A stretch of 64,000 bases of DNA from an uncultured Gammaproteobacteria bacterium (lineage in GTDB: Bacteria; Patescibacteriota; Patescibacteriia; UBA11705; JABHMO01): the NCBI GenBank assembly GCA_964590105.1, contig CAZPYM010000002.1, forward strand, positions 26,697 through 90,696. The letters run 5' to 3'. The notes under the pieces were generated by a model. The model was not told where the DNA came from and ran no database searches. It saw only the letters and a program-made list of their open reading frames with translations. This document shows positions 55,612-64,000 of this stretch, in pieces. Made by a program: the position numbers and the translations under genes. Numbering within the stretch: position 1 is the stretch's first letter; each line of letters starts with the position of its first letter.

Positions 55612-56175
55612 TTACGACTCAGGCAAAAGATGTTTAAGTTTAATCAAAGCTCGCCGATGACGACTTTTTATCGTGTGAAGCGGCTCGCCAAGCGACTCGG
55701 AAATTTCTTTGAAGCTGAGGTCACCGTCGTATCGAGAGGATAAAACCATTCGGTATTTCAATGTTAATTGATTTATTGCCGCGTTAATAGTTTCAGTAAT
55801 GTCAGACCGTTCAAGAACTTCATTTGCCAATGGAGCCGGATCAGAGAGCGTTTCAATAAGTTGATTTTCCCCTTCTTCATTTTCAAAGGCAGTAAAAGGA
55901 ATTGTCTTTCTCTTTCTCAATAAGTCAATGCAGGTATTTTTGGCAATGGAAAAAATCCAGGTTTTAAAACTTTTTCTTTGATCAAATCTTTTTAGCTTGC
56001 TCCATACCTTTATAAAAACTTCTTGGGTAACATCTTCCGCGTTCTGCTCATTACCTACATATTTATAAACAAAACCGTAAATCGGCTTTAAATAGCTTCT
56101 AATTAAAATTTCGAGCGACTCTTCGTCGCCGGCAAGATAATCCGCAACCAATTGACTATCAATCAGGCGATTCAT
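55612..56175 (-). CDS. ECF-type RNA polymerase sigma factor (sigma-70 regions 2 and 4)
   Basis: YLKPIYGFVYKYVGNEQNAEDVTQEVFIKVW (region 2) and MVLSSRYDGDLSFKEISESLGEPLHTIKSRHRRALIKLK (region 4). Confidence 0.85.
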   Translation of the reverse strand: MNRLIDSQLVADYLAGDEESLEILIRSYLKPIYGFVYKYVGNEQNAEDVTQEVFIKVWSKLKRFDQRKSFKTWIFSIAKNTCIDLLRKRKTIPFTAFENEEGENQLIETLSDPAPLANEVLERSDITETINAAINQLTLKYRMVLSSRYDGDLSFKEISESLGEPLHTIKSRHRRALIKLKHLLPES

Positions 56176-56235
56176 ATATTTTTAGATTAGCACTTTTCGG
56201 AAAAACTATCAATCTCTAACAGCTAAACATCAAAA

Positions 56236-57072
56236 TTATTTTACCAGCATTATATGCTCTTGGGGAACATCTTCGGGAATTAAAATTTCAGGCTGTTGAA
56301 TTCTCCAAGGAAAGCTATCTGGCGCACCCTTAATTGGACAAAACTCACTTGTGCCAGACGGTTCCCCATCTCTATAATTATCAGCATCTTTGATACTCTC
56401 TCCATCTTCTGCCCATTCTGGTCTTTTATACCAAATTAAAAAATCCTCAAGGGTAACTAAATTTTTCCAATATTCTTCGGCCTGTTGTTGCGCGGCCTCG
56501 TTTTCTGTCCAACCCCGACGCATATCCTCCATAATTCGAGTAATATATTCCAAATCTCCAACATAGGCTTTTTTAGGATCTACTTTTAATTCAATGACCT
56601 CCCCCGGATACTGTGATTTTAGGTATTGCGGGTCAGTCATTTTTGTAACATACGCTTCCGGTGAGTCCACGCCCAATTTTCTCAAAAAATCCGGGCTATA
56701 CTTTTGCATAGTTTCGAACCCATCTCGCAAAAATCTTTCTTCCCTCTTGATAAACCTTTGATCAGCGCCAACTAAACCGTGTCCGTATTCTAAAAATGGG
56801 TAACCATAAAGATTATTTCTACTGATGCCTTTGGCTTTTAATTCCTCCGGCCGAAAACTGTCAATTATCGCATTTCGCCTTACCATTGATTCTGCTCCGC
56901 CAATATTTTTTGTTTCGATATTCGTTTTTAGCCCGCCCTGATCAATAGCCGGCAACAACTCTTCCTTGGTCTCATGGAAAACACTAACAAAATTTGGCGG
57001 GGCAATAATTTCTTGCCTTTCTAAAATACTTTCCCGCTTTTTAGTTTCAAAAGATTGTTCTTGATTCTTCAT
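56236..57072 (-). CDS. hypothetical protein (278 aa)
   Basis: ORF only. Acidic and Trp-containing. No family assigned. Confidence 0.5.
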   Translation of the reverse strand: MKNQEQSFETKKRESILERQEIIAPPNFVSVFHETKEELLPAIDQGGLKTNIETKNIGGAESMVRRNAIIDSFRPEELKAKGISRNNLYGYPFLEYGHGLVGADQRFIKREERFLRDGFETMQKYSPDFLRKLGVDSPEAYVTKMTDPQYLKSQYPGEVIELKVDPKKAYVGDLEYITRIMEDMRRGWTENEAAQQQAEEYWKNLVTLEDFLIWYKRPEWAEDGESIKDADNYRDGEPSGTSEFCPIKGAPDSFPWRIQQPEILIPEDVPQEHIMLVK

Positions 57073-57206
57073 AAATTTATTTCAATTCAGAAAAAATCTC
57101 GCTTCTGAACTTTCTGAATTGAAAGCTATTTGAAATTTTCTTAAAAACGGCCAGCGGGCTTGCCCGCCGTAGCAGAGAAACAATCGTTAGCAATGTAAAT
57201 ATGTTT

Positions 57207-57296
57207 TGGCGGAGAGGGAGGGATTCGAACCCTCGACGCCCTTGCGGACGTAACGGTTTTCGAGACCGTCCCATTCAACCACTCTGGCACCTCTCC
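57207..57296 (-). tRNA. tRNA-Ser (anticodon CGA), type II, CCA encoded
   Basis: Minus-strand RNA: GGAGAGG-UG-CCAGAGUGGUUGAAUGGGACGG-UCUCGAAAACCGU(anticodon loop CUCGAAA)-UACGUCCGCAAGGGCGUC(long variable arm)-GAGGGUUCGAAUCCCUC-CCUCUCC-G-CCA. Confidence 0.85.
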
Positions 57297-57353
57297 GTAA
57301 ATAATCACAAGCTATTATATCATCTCTGTTTATACGACAGGCAAAAATTACCC

Positions 57354-57626
57354 CTAACTTCTTTTGTTTCTTCTTTCCTGGATATATCTTTCAAGTAAAT
57401 ATCCCCGCCTTTCTCTTCCTTTTCCAGTTTTTAGAAACTTCTCTTCTCTCAATGCGTCTTCCTTGTAAGTAAACGCCCCATAATATACCAATTCCCACGG
57501 AATTCCTCTTGCAGTAAATGGTACTAGCCCACGATTATGCTGCTTCAACCGTGAGCTAATATCTTGAGAATAACCAGTATAAAATTTTCCCAATTTTTCA
57601 CTGAATAACATATAAACAAAATACAT
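57354..57626 (-). CDS. small GIY-YIG nuclease-domain protein (90 aa)
   Basis: MYFVYMLFSEKLGKFYTGYSQDISSRLKQHN is the GIY-(x10)-YIG / R...QHN motif set of the GIY-YIG superfamily. Confidence 0.75.
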   Translation of the reverse strand: MYFVYMLFSEKLGKFYTGYSQDISSRLKQHNRGLVPFTARGIPWELVYYGAFTYKEDALREEKFLKTGKGRERRGYLLERYIQERRNKRS

Positions 57627-57643
57627 ATTTTACTCCGCTTTTC

Positions 57644-57673
57644 CCCGCCCAAGGCGGGTGCGCCTAGGGCGCA
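57644..57673 (+). repeat. twin-hairpin element related to the dispersed repeat family
   Basis: cccgcccaaggcgggtgcgcctagggcgca forms two adjacent GC hairpins like ccgccataggcgg-atgcgccttgggcgca. Confidence 0.6.
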
Positions 57674-57678
57674 GAGAG

Positions 57679-57727
57679 CGGCCCATTCAACCCCTGCCCG
57701 CCTTTGGTGGAACTCTGGCACGCCTCC
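57679..57727 (-). other. degenerate partial copy of the 5' part of tRNA-Ser
   Basis: Minus-strand GGAGGCGUGCCAGAGU[19-nt insert]GGUUGAAUGGGCCGC. This is identical to tRNA-Ser at GUGCCAGAGU and GGUUGAAUGGG, but there is no anticodon or T arm. Confidence 0.6.
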
Positions 57728-57732
57728 GTACA

Positions 57733-58221
57733 TTAGTCATTTACTGCATTATGAAAATACTGTAAAGCTATTGGATAATACTCTAAATCATCCACTGAGT
57801 CAAAATCGCCCTCCATAACAACAAATGCTCCCATGTCTTCAATATATTGAAAATGTTTTTCCAAAAAACCGTCCTGATAATATTCCCGGTCGTTCTTTCT
57901 CATTATCAACAAATTCTCCGTCTGCTCGGCAACTTCAAAATCTGAAAATGTTTTTTTTAGTAAATCAAAACTCGCGGCCGGCTGATTTTCTTTCGGGCAA
58001 CTGTATTGATAAATGTACACACCGATATCATTGTTATATTCATTAATAAAAAAATCCTTGTAGCCCTCGCAAAAAAATGGAGCCCGGCTATTTTCAAAAT
58101 TCTGATTTATCTCCTGTTCAAGCGCCGGCAGACCCCAGAAATAAACCATTGCCATAGCCGCCGCAATAACCACAACGGCTATTATTATAAATATTGTAAA
58201 AATTTTGTTTTGATATTCCAT
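57733..58221 (-). CDS. hypothetical membrane-anchored protein (162 aa)
   Basis: N-terminal TM helix, then an acidic and Tyr-rich ectodomain. Confidence 0.5.
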   Translation of the reverse strand: MEYQNKIFTIFIIIAVVVIAAAMAMVYFWGLPALEQEINQNFENSRAPFFCEGYKDFFINEYNNDIGVYIYQYSCPKENQPAASFDLLKKTFSDFEVAEQTENLLIMRKNDREYYQDGFLEKHFQYIEDMGAFVVMEGDFDSVDDLEYYPIALQYFHNAVND

Positions 58222-58227
58222 AGCAGT

Positions 58228-59574
58228 TTAACTGATCTTTATTTTTTCTCTATCCCGCATCACCACTGCGCCGGCCGCAAAAACCAGCCACCACAAAACA
58301 CTTAAATCGTTTTTAAAATATTGCGCGTCAACCAAGCCGTGGACAAAAATCGCAACCAAAACAGCAATTAAAACAAGGTAAACTTTTTTATTTTCCTTTT
58401 CTTCAACGCGCCAATAATTGGCAACAAACTTTATCATGAGCGCAATAATTGCCAATAAACCCAAGAGTCCGGTTTCGCTCCAGAAATTTAGAAAAAAATT
58501 ATGCGGGTACATGTAAATTTCAGTCGGCTGCCAGTGCGCTTTTTTGTACTCTTCGTCATACAAAACTTTATCCAGCCATTTTGAATCGCCTTTGTCTTTA
58601 ATCCAAATTCCTTCGGCATGATACGGAGCGATCACAGTCTGATAGCCGGCTAATCCGGCGCCAGAAATAATCCGGCCGTCAGTTAACATGCTCCAAGTTT
58701 CTTTCCATTGCTGAACGCGGATCTGGCCTGACAGGTCAGACATGGTGGCTTTTTCAAACACATACGAACGAAAAGGTGTAATAAGTGAAACAAGTATAAC
58801 AAGCGCCATTAAAATGCAGGTTGAAGTGCGGCGCAACTTTTTATTCGGAAAAAAGAATCCCAAAAAAACAACTGCCGCCAAAATGCCGATCGCGGCGCCT
58901 TCAGATCGGGCGAAGACAATCGCGGCGATCGCCGCCACAATAACCAGCCCTTGGTAAAAACGCGATTTATCGCGTCTCCCTTGCCAGAAAAACATTCCCA
59001 AAAACAAAACAACAATCGGCGCCAAATAAAGTCCGACTGCATTTGGAAATCCATACCAGGAAACAACCCGCCGCGTTTCTTCCGCCGCCCAGAAAGGATT
59101 GGCAATGCCAAATCCGGTAAATTTTTGAATAATAGCGGGAATTGCCACCAGCAAAGCCGAAGAACCAAGCGCCCCTACAATTAGACTCCAATGTTCGCGG
59201 TTCTTCATGCTATTCACAAACACAATAAAAAACAAAATTGGTTCAATAAAATATGCTTTCCAGATTCCCTGCGCGGCAATTCGATCCGGCGAAACAAAGA
59301 CAGCAATTGTGGCCGCGACTAGAAAAATTAAAATCAAATATCCATAACCTCCGAAAGAAAAATCGCGCCGTTTTTTGAAATTGCGCGCCAGCCATATTAA
59401 AAATAAAAGCAGAATCATCGATTCCAGCAAAGTCGCGGGAATTCCTAAAACCGTGAATCTAATCAAATACGTCGGTAAACAAAAAACAACCAAAGCCAGC
59501 GCCCAATCAATTTTTTTCCAGGCGAGGAAGGAGAATAATAGAATGTAGGCAATTAGCAAAATGTTCAGAAACAT
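58228..59574 (-). CDS. O-antigen ligase (Wzy_C/RfaL)-family membrane protein
   Basis: About 12 TM helices with a large loop and the YMYPHNFFLNFWSETGLLGL block typical of the O-antigen ligase family. Confidence 0.65.
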   Translation of the reverse strand: MFLNILLIAYILLFSFLAWKKIDWALALVVFCLPTYLIRFTVLGIPATLLESMILLLFLIWLARNFKKRRDFSFGGYGYLILIFLVAATIAVFVSPDRIAAQGIWKAYFIEPILFFIVFVNSMKNREHWSLIVGALGSSALLVAIPAIIQKFTGFGIANPFWAAEETRRVVSWYGFPNAVGLYLAPIVVLFLGMFFWQGRRDKSRFYQGLVIVAAIAAIVFARSEGAAIGILAAVVFLGFFFPNKKLRRTSTCILMALVILVSLITPFRSYVFEKATMSDLSGQIRVQQWKETWSMLTDGRIISGAGLAGYQTVIAPYHAEGIWIKDKGDSKWLDKVLYDEEYKKAHWQPTEIYMYPHNFFLNFWSETGLLGLLAIIALMIKFVANYWRVEEKENKKVYLVLIAVLVAIFVHGLVDAQYFKNDLSVLWWLVFAAGAVVMRDREKIKIS

Positions 59575-59800
59575 AGTTTCGCGTGATTTAGCGTTTTGTT
59601 TGGCGCAGTTTAGCGAACTGAATTGACAAAGCCCCTTCTTTCCTCTATACTAAAACACTGCTACTATTGTAGTGATTTCGCTGTATTTTGACAATGGTCT
59701 TGGCCTTGGTCGAAATGCTGTTCTCCGCAACAGGGCGGAAAACGGATGGTCGCCTTAGGCGCGTTCAGCTGGCAGAGAATGGTCTGCCAAGGAGAAAAAA

Positions 59801-60700
59801 ATGGGAAACACACAAAGGGTTGAAATTTGTAAACACTGCCTGCCGAAAAGCAAAGAAGTTAAAACACGGCTCGGATTTTTTGGCTGGATTTGTGGTGTAT
59901 GCCTCACAGTTCTTTTCTACTTTATTAATCTCTCACTTACTGGCATTTTATCTCCTCCCCCTCCAACAGCATTCATTCCTCTCGGAATTATAAGCATGGT
60001 TGCCTGCGCTTACATTATTGTAAGCCTTATTGACGATCTGAGACGCAAACACTACTATCTATTCCTTGACAAAGAAGGCCGACTGCACTGCGACACAGTA
60101 GCTCCATTGCTATTTGAAGACCACTACTACTGGCAAATGAAAAGCGAACTCTTGGCAACACAGCAAGAAACTGTTTCGCGCGAGGATTTTCTCATCGCTT
60201 CTGATGTCATCCACTGGACAGTGGGTGGCCTGCGCCGGAACTATGGACATGTCATGGAAACAGACGAAAACCCCGTCAACAAATGGTCTTTGCTACAGAT
60301 TCCGCGCGTGAACTTTGTTTTTGGGAACCCCTTTAATGAAAGCGTGAGAATCACCATACGAAATGAAGACGGATACGAAGTAACCTCGAGCCCCAGAGAT
60401 ATCCTGCGCTGGACAATTGATCATCCGCAATCATTGCACAGATTAGCTAGGGCGTTATCCCGGCTTGCTGGTGTAGAAAATGACGCAAGAAGCTGGCACG
60501 ACCTGACGAAAGAAGCTAACGAGAAGTGGAAGGATATGGCTTGCGGGTACAACCAGCTCGGTCAATTCCTGATCCAGCTACGCGAGACCGCCTCGACCTG
60601 GCCACAAAACTCAAAGTATGCCAGAGAAAACCGACTGCTTATTGATGGATTCCTTGCCGAACAGGATCCGGTGGTGGTTGAATCATGGAAACAAGGCTAG
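59801..60700 (+). CDS. hypothetical protein with two N-terminal TM helices; moderately GC-rich
   Basis: RBS ccaaggagaaaaaaATG. A ~150-nt leader containing the ggcagagaatggtctgcc hairpin, preceded by ttgaca-17-tatact at about 59623. Confidence 0.55.
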   Translation: MGNTQRVEICKHCLPKSKEVKTRLGFFGWICGVCLTVLFYFINLSLTGILSPPPPTAFIPLGIISMVACAYIIVSLIDDLRRKHYYLFLDKEGRLHCDTVAPLLFEDHYYWQMKSELLATQQETVSREDFLIASDVIHWTVGGLRRNYGHVMETDENPVNKWSLLQIPRVNFVFGNPFNESVRITIRNEDGYEVTSSPRDILRWTIDHPQSLHRLARALSRLAGVENDARSWHDLTKEANEKWKDMACGYNQLGQFLIQLRETASTWPQNSKYARENRLLIDGFLAEQDPVVVESWKQG

Positions 60701-60791
60701 GCTGTTCCGATCGACGACCAGCCGTCAACGGCGGAAACTATTTTGTAAAAATTAACCCAACGAGATCGTTCGCTGGGTATTTTTTTTGTAA

Positions 60792-60822
60792 CAAAAAAGC
60801 TCTGCAACGCAGAGCTTTTATC
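60792..60822. terminator. bidirectional terminator
   Basis: aaaaaa-gctctgc-aac-gcagagc-tttta. Confidence 0.65.
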
Positions 60823-60829
60823 TTTTCTA

Positions 60830-61477
60830 TTAGATATCTCCCTGCCTGATTAGCTCCCCGACTTTCCTTTTCCCGTCAGGCGCCTTACTAATTCTGGTTT
60901 CTTTTACTTTTTCGAATGTGGTTGAATCCCCGCTGTCGCCGGCGATCTTTCCAAAACTTCTGGTTCCTTTCTGAATACTCTCAATCCGGTGTGTCACATT
61001 TCCACGCTCATAATCCTCAAAACCATTTTGCGCTCTACGAAAAAAATCTATTGCCAAATCAATATCATCAATTGCGCCCACCATGCGAGCAAAAATATCA
61101 TGTTTATCCCGCTCTGTCTTGTCTACGCTTTTCGACCAAGTATGCAACGCTTCCTTTGGTGAAAGCGCCGGATCAAAAGACTTAAACGCCTTTATATCTC
61201 TATAAATAGAGTCCGCCCACAGCTTCAATTCTCTTGCCTGTCTCAATTCTTTAATAAAAGGCCCGCCCGACAAAGTTTTATCAGCCACGACGCTTTTGGT
61301 TTCTAGAAGCTTATCCGCATCTTCCACGAGCTTTTTCGCCTTCTCCAAAACGCCCTCCCAGCCTTTTTCCTTTTCCATAAATTTTACATAGTTTGCGCTT
61401 CCTTGGGGAGTCTCTTTCTGCTGTCCCGTCGCCCCTTCTGCCAATTTTTTACCTCTAAATTTATCAAAAAAACCCAT
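60830..61477 (-). CDS. hypothetical protein (215 aa)
   Basis: ORF, charged and helical, no family assigned. Confidence 0.5.
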   Translation of the reverse strand: MGFFDKFRGKKLAEGATGQQKETPQGSANYVKFMEKEKGWEGVLEKAKKLVEDADKLLETKSVVADKTLSGGPFIKELRQARELKLWADSIYRDIKAFKSFDPALSPKEALHTWSKSVDKTERDKHDIFARMVGAIDDIDLAIDFFRRAQNGFEDYERGNVTHRIESIQKGTRSFGKIAGDSGDSTTFEKVKETRISKAPDGKRKVGELIRQGDI

Positions 61478-61641
61478 ACGTTTTTTTATTATTTATAATT
61501 TTAACTATTGCTCATTTTATCCAACAAAATGCCTTCAAATCAGCCTCGTTCCTCCAAATAGCACAATAACAATATACTATTCTTATACCAGAAATGTCAA
61601 CGCTCGCATTGTTTCAGTCCACCAATTAATAAAATTTATAT

Positions 61642-62793
61642 TCAATAAATCAAAAGTTTCCTATACTCAATCAGCATTTCGCTTAATAAAAATTTCTCCG
61701 CAACTTTTTCTCTAGCCGCCTCGGCGTATTTCACCGCCAAGTCAGGATTCTTGTGCAACCACAGGATCGCCTCGGCCAGAGCTCTCGGATTGCCCGGCTC
61801 GACTAGCATTCCATGCTTTTCATTGTCAATAATTTCGACTGTCCCTCCACTTTTCGTGGCAATCACCGGTCGGCCGCAAGCCATGGCTTCAATCGCGAGG
61901 ACACCAAGAGACTCTTTCAGGCTAGGCAAAACAAAAACATCAAAATTATAAATCCAATCCGGAAAATTATCTTTATATCCGACCAACTTGATCTTATTCT
62001 GCAGATTCAAAGTTTCAATTAACCAATGCAAATTGTCTCGCTGCGATCCTTCTCCGACAATCACACAATCAATCTCAGGAATTTCAGCTTTTATTAAATC
62101 AACAGCCTTAACTAAATATTCCAAGCCCTTGACCTTTTCCAATCTCGCCACACAACCGATTGTAAAATTATTTTTATCATAATCAATTGTTTTTCTTTCG
62201 GCCATAGCGCCGAAAAGATCTTCCTGCTTTTTGTATTTCTCGGGATCAACGCCGTGATAAATAACTTTGACGTTTTTAATTCCAATATTCTCCAGTTCCT
62301 GCCTGACAAATTGAGAAATCGCCACGATTACGACCAGACCGCTCCACCATTTGTAAAAGACTTTGTAAATATTTTTCGCTATTACCGGATCAATTGACAA
62401 ATGCTCCAGCCAAATAATTTCGTAACCGAGCAGTGAAGCAATCGGAGTAAAAATCAGTTTTTCCGTTATTGTCAGACAATATAATTTTTCAACTTTATGA
62501 GCTATTTTGTAATAAACAAGAGCAATTATCGCACTAATAATTAAAAAAGGTAGGGAAAATAAAAACAACAACTTGGTTCCGGCGCTAACGGGCGCAAGTC
62601 CGAGCCACCAGCGCTCCGCTCGCCAGCCACGCTTGCGAAATTCGCTAAGCATTACTGAACATGACGACAGTAAAAAAAAATCAATGCCTTGATTTTGCAA
62701 ATTTTCAACTATTTGAAAAGTGTGCTTCTCCACTCCTCCGATTCTCGAGCGAAAAGGAAACTTGGTAATTAATACTTTTGTTTGTGGAATCAT
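61642..62793 (-). CDS. glycosyltransferase family 4 (GT-B, Glycos_transf_1)
   Basis: C-terminal block PSLKESLGVLAIEAMACGRPVIATKSGGTVEIIDNEKHGMLVEP is the GT4 EX7E region. Confidence 0.8.
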   Translation of the reverse strand: MIPQTKVLITKFPFRSRIGGVEKHTFQIVENLQNQGIDFFLLSSCSVMLSEFRKRGWRAERWWLGLAPVSAGTKLLFLFSLPFLIISAIIALVYYKIAHKVEKLYCLTITEKLIFTPIASLLGYEIIWLEHLSIDPVIAKNIYKVFYKWWSGLVVIVAISQFVRQELENIGIKNVKVIYHGVDPEKYKKQEDLFGAMAERKTIDYDKNNFTIGCVARLEKVKGLEYLVKAVDLIKAEIPEIDCVIVGEGSQRDNLHWLIETLNLQNKIKLVGYKDNFPDWIYNFDVFVLPSLKESLGVLAIEAMACGRPVIATKSGGTVEIIDNEKHGMLVEPGNPRALAEAILWLHKNPDLAVKYAEAAREKVAEKFLLSEMLIEYRKLLIY

Positions 62794-62799
62794 AGCGGC

Positions 62800-63981
62800 T
62801 TATTTTAATTTAATCAGTTCCTGAATCTCTTGCCTTTTGATCCCTCCGAATAAATATAAAAATGAAAAATAAACAACCACTGAAATTACTAATAGAATCA
62901 TCACGTGCCAGCTACGCAGGAAATAAATCACACCGGCCATAATCAAGGCGGCGGGAATTGCTCTGGCAAATGTTTTTAATGAAGGGAAAAACTTTATCGC
63001 CCGGTAAATCAAAATCGCGGTCCAACATAAAATTAAAATCTCGCTAAAAACCGTCATCCAGGCCGCGCCCCAATATCCGAATTTTGGAATAAAAACAAAA
63101 TATCCGATCAAGGTTAAAACCGCGGCAGTTAAATATCCCCACATCATACTTTTCTGTCTGTCGACCGCCACGACTGCGTAAGAAAATAGACTGGTGGCAA
63201 AAATCGCGCCCGAAGCCAGGATCAGAACTTTTAAAATATCGCCCGATAAAGCAAAATCCTCGCCAGCCACGAAAACCATGACTTTGCCGGCGATAATCAT
63301 CGTGCCGGTCACAATCGGCACAGCGAAAATAATCAAAGCGTCAAAGGATTTTTGTAAAATATTTTTTAATTCAACAAAATTTTTCTGAATAAAATATCCA
63401 GATGCTATCGGCAAAACAATTCCCATGAAAACAGCCGGAAGCATGGTCAGAATATCCACTACGCGGTAGGTCGCGCCGTACAAACCGACTTCCCCCTGCG
63501 ATCGAAAAAGCGACAAAATTATTGTGTCCATTTTTAAATAAATCAAATTAAATGAAATTGATAATGCAATCGGCCAGGTGCGTTTTATTAATTCTTTCCA
63601 AATATTCAAATCAACCTGCCATTGCCACTTGATATGCTCGCGCGAAAATAAAAAAACTATTATTAAATTCAAAACACTGCCAACCGTCAAAGCGCCGAAA
63701 ACCCAGTAAATATCTTTGCCCAGCCAGACAGCTAAAACAATCAGTGCCACGAAAACAATTCTGCCCAGAACTTCGGCCAAAGTTAATTTAAACATTTTCA
63801 TTTTCTGCTGAAAAACTCCGGTCAGGGTTTGAATTATTGTAATGGAAAAAAACGAGGCCACGGTGATCAGCACGCCGAGCTTGATAAAAATATTGTACGG
63901 AAAAAACCAAATCAAAATCGGCGCCAGCGCGAGGAATCCAATCGCGGTTATTATTCGAAAAGACATTATTGAATTCATCAC
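62800..63981 (-). CDS. polysaccharide flippase/Wzx-like (MOP superfamily) membrane protein, possibly 5'-truncated by the window edge
   Basis: About 12 TM helices. The reading frame stays open to position 64000, so the true start may be outside the window. Confidence 0.6.
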   Translation of the reverse strand: MMNSIMSFRIITAIGFLALAPILIWFFPYNIFIKLGVLITVASFFSITIIQTLTGVFQQKMKMFKLTLAEVLGRIVFVALIVLAVWLGKDIYWVFGALTVGSVLNLIIVFLFSREHIKWQWQVDLNIWKELIKRTWPIALSISFNLIYLKMDTIILSLFRSQGEVGLYGATYRVVDILTMLPAVFMGIVLPIASGYFIQKNFVELKNILQKSFDALIIFAVPIVTGTMIIAGKVMVFVAGEDFALSGDILKVLILASGAIFATSLFSYAVVAVDRQKSMMWGYLTAAVLTLIGYFVFIPKFGYWGAAWMTVFSEILILCWTAILIYRAIKFFPSLKTFARAIPAALIMAGVIYFLRSWHVMILLVISVVVYFSFLYLFGGIKRQEIQELIKLK

Positions 63982-64000
63982 ACGGCTAAGATCAATGCCC

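Noticed and set aside
57640-57730. Second intact tRNA upstream of the GIY-YIG ORF
   Set aside because: Only the acceptor 5' strand and D-arm are recognisable. There is no anticodon stem-loop or T-arm, and the remaining sequence consists of the GC twin-hairpin repeat. Called a tRNA fragment instead.
58742-59191. Small ORFs on both strands inside 58228..59574
   Set aside because: They lie within or antisense to the O-antigen-ligase-family membrane protein gene. No independent support.
1-64000. CRISPR arrays, rRNA genes, integrase/transposase genes
   Set aside because: No regularly spaced direct-repeat array, no rRNA-like conserved blocks, and no protein with integrase or transposase motifs were seen. 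The repeats present are single or few-copy hairpin elements, not CRISPR.

Overview
This 64 kb window is an AT-rich bacterial chromosome segment interrupted by several GC-richer patches. Gene content suggests a Patescibacteria/CPR-like organism, but this is inference, not proof: five TrmB-family HTH regulators, a tandem array of small T4SS-pilin-like (TrbC/VirB2-like) proteins, a DUF2207 protein, a small RRM protein and a PBP1A. Recognisable housekeeping genes are SMC, PBP1A, RuvC, YebC, archaeal-type PGI/PMI, GalU, split CoaB and CoaC, an SSS transporter, a sugar ABC substrate-binding protein, an ECF-sigma/anti-sigma plus HlyD-ABC-MacB efflux operon, tRNA-Ser(CGA), and an O-antigen ligase / GT4 / flippase group. 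Systems worth a second look, in rough order: (1) 31.2-38.5 kb, four tandem ATP-grasp ligases (two cyanophycin-synthetase-like, one RimK-like, one RimK-like fused to a retropepsin-type protease) followed by a PKD + multi-TM membrane protein, with a GC-rich 0.7 kb two-ORF insert inside it. (2) 41.6-47.0 kb, eight tandem paralogous pilin-like genes plus a solute-binding protein on one strand. (3) 14.4-17.6 kb, a GC-rich four-gene operon encoding two orphan receiver-like proteins and two unknowns. (4) A G12 homopolymer directly at the start codon of a two-gene operon, a candidate phase-variation switch. (5) A dispersed ~85-nt twin-hairpin repeat family with inverted copies flanking pgi. (6) tRNA-Ser next to a GIY-YIG ORF and a degenerate 5' tRNA copy. 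(7) A 922-aa TrmB-like protein with about seven tandem C-terminal-domain repeats. (8) A candidate structured ncRNA at 49.17-49.32 kb. No CRISPR array and no rRNA were seen.
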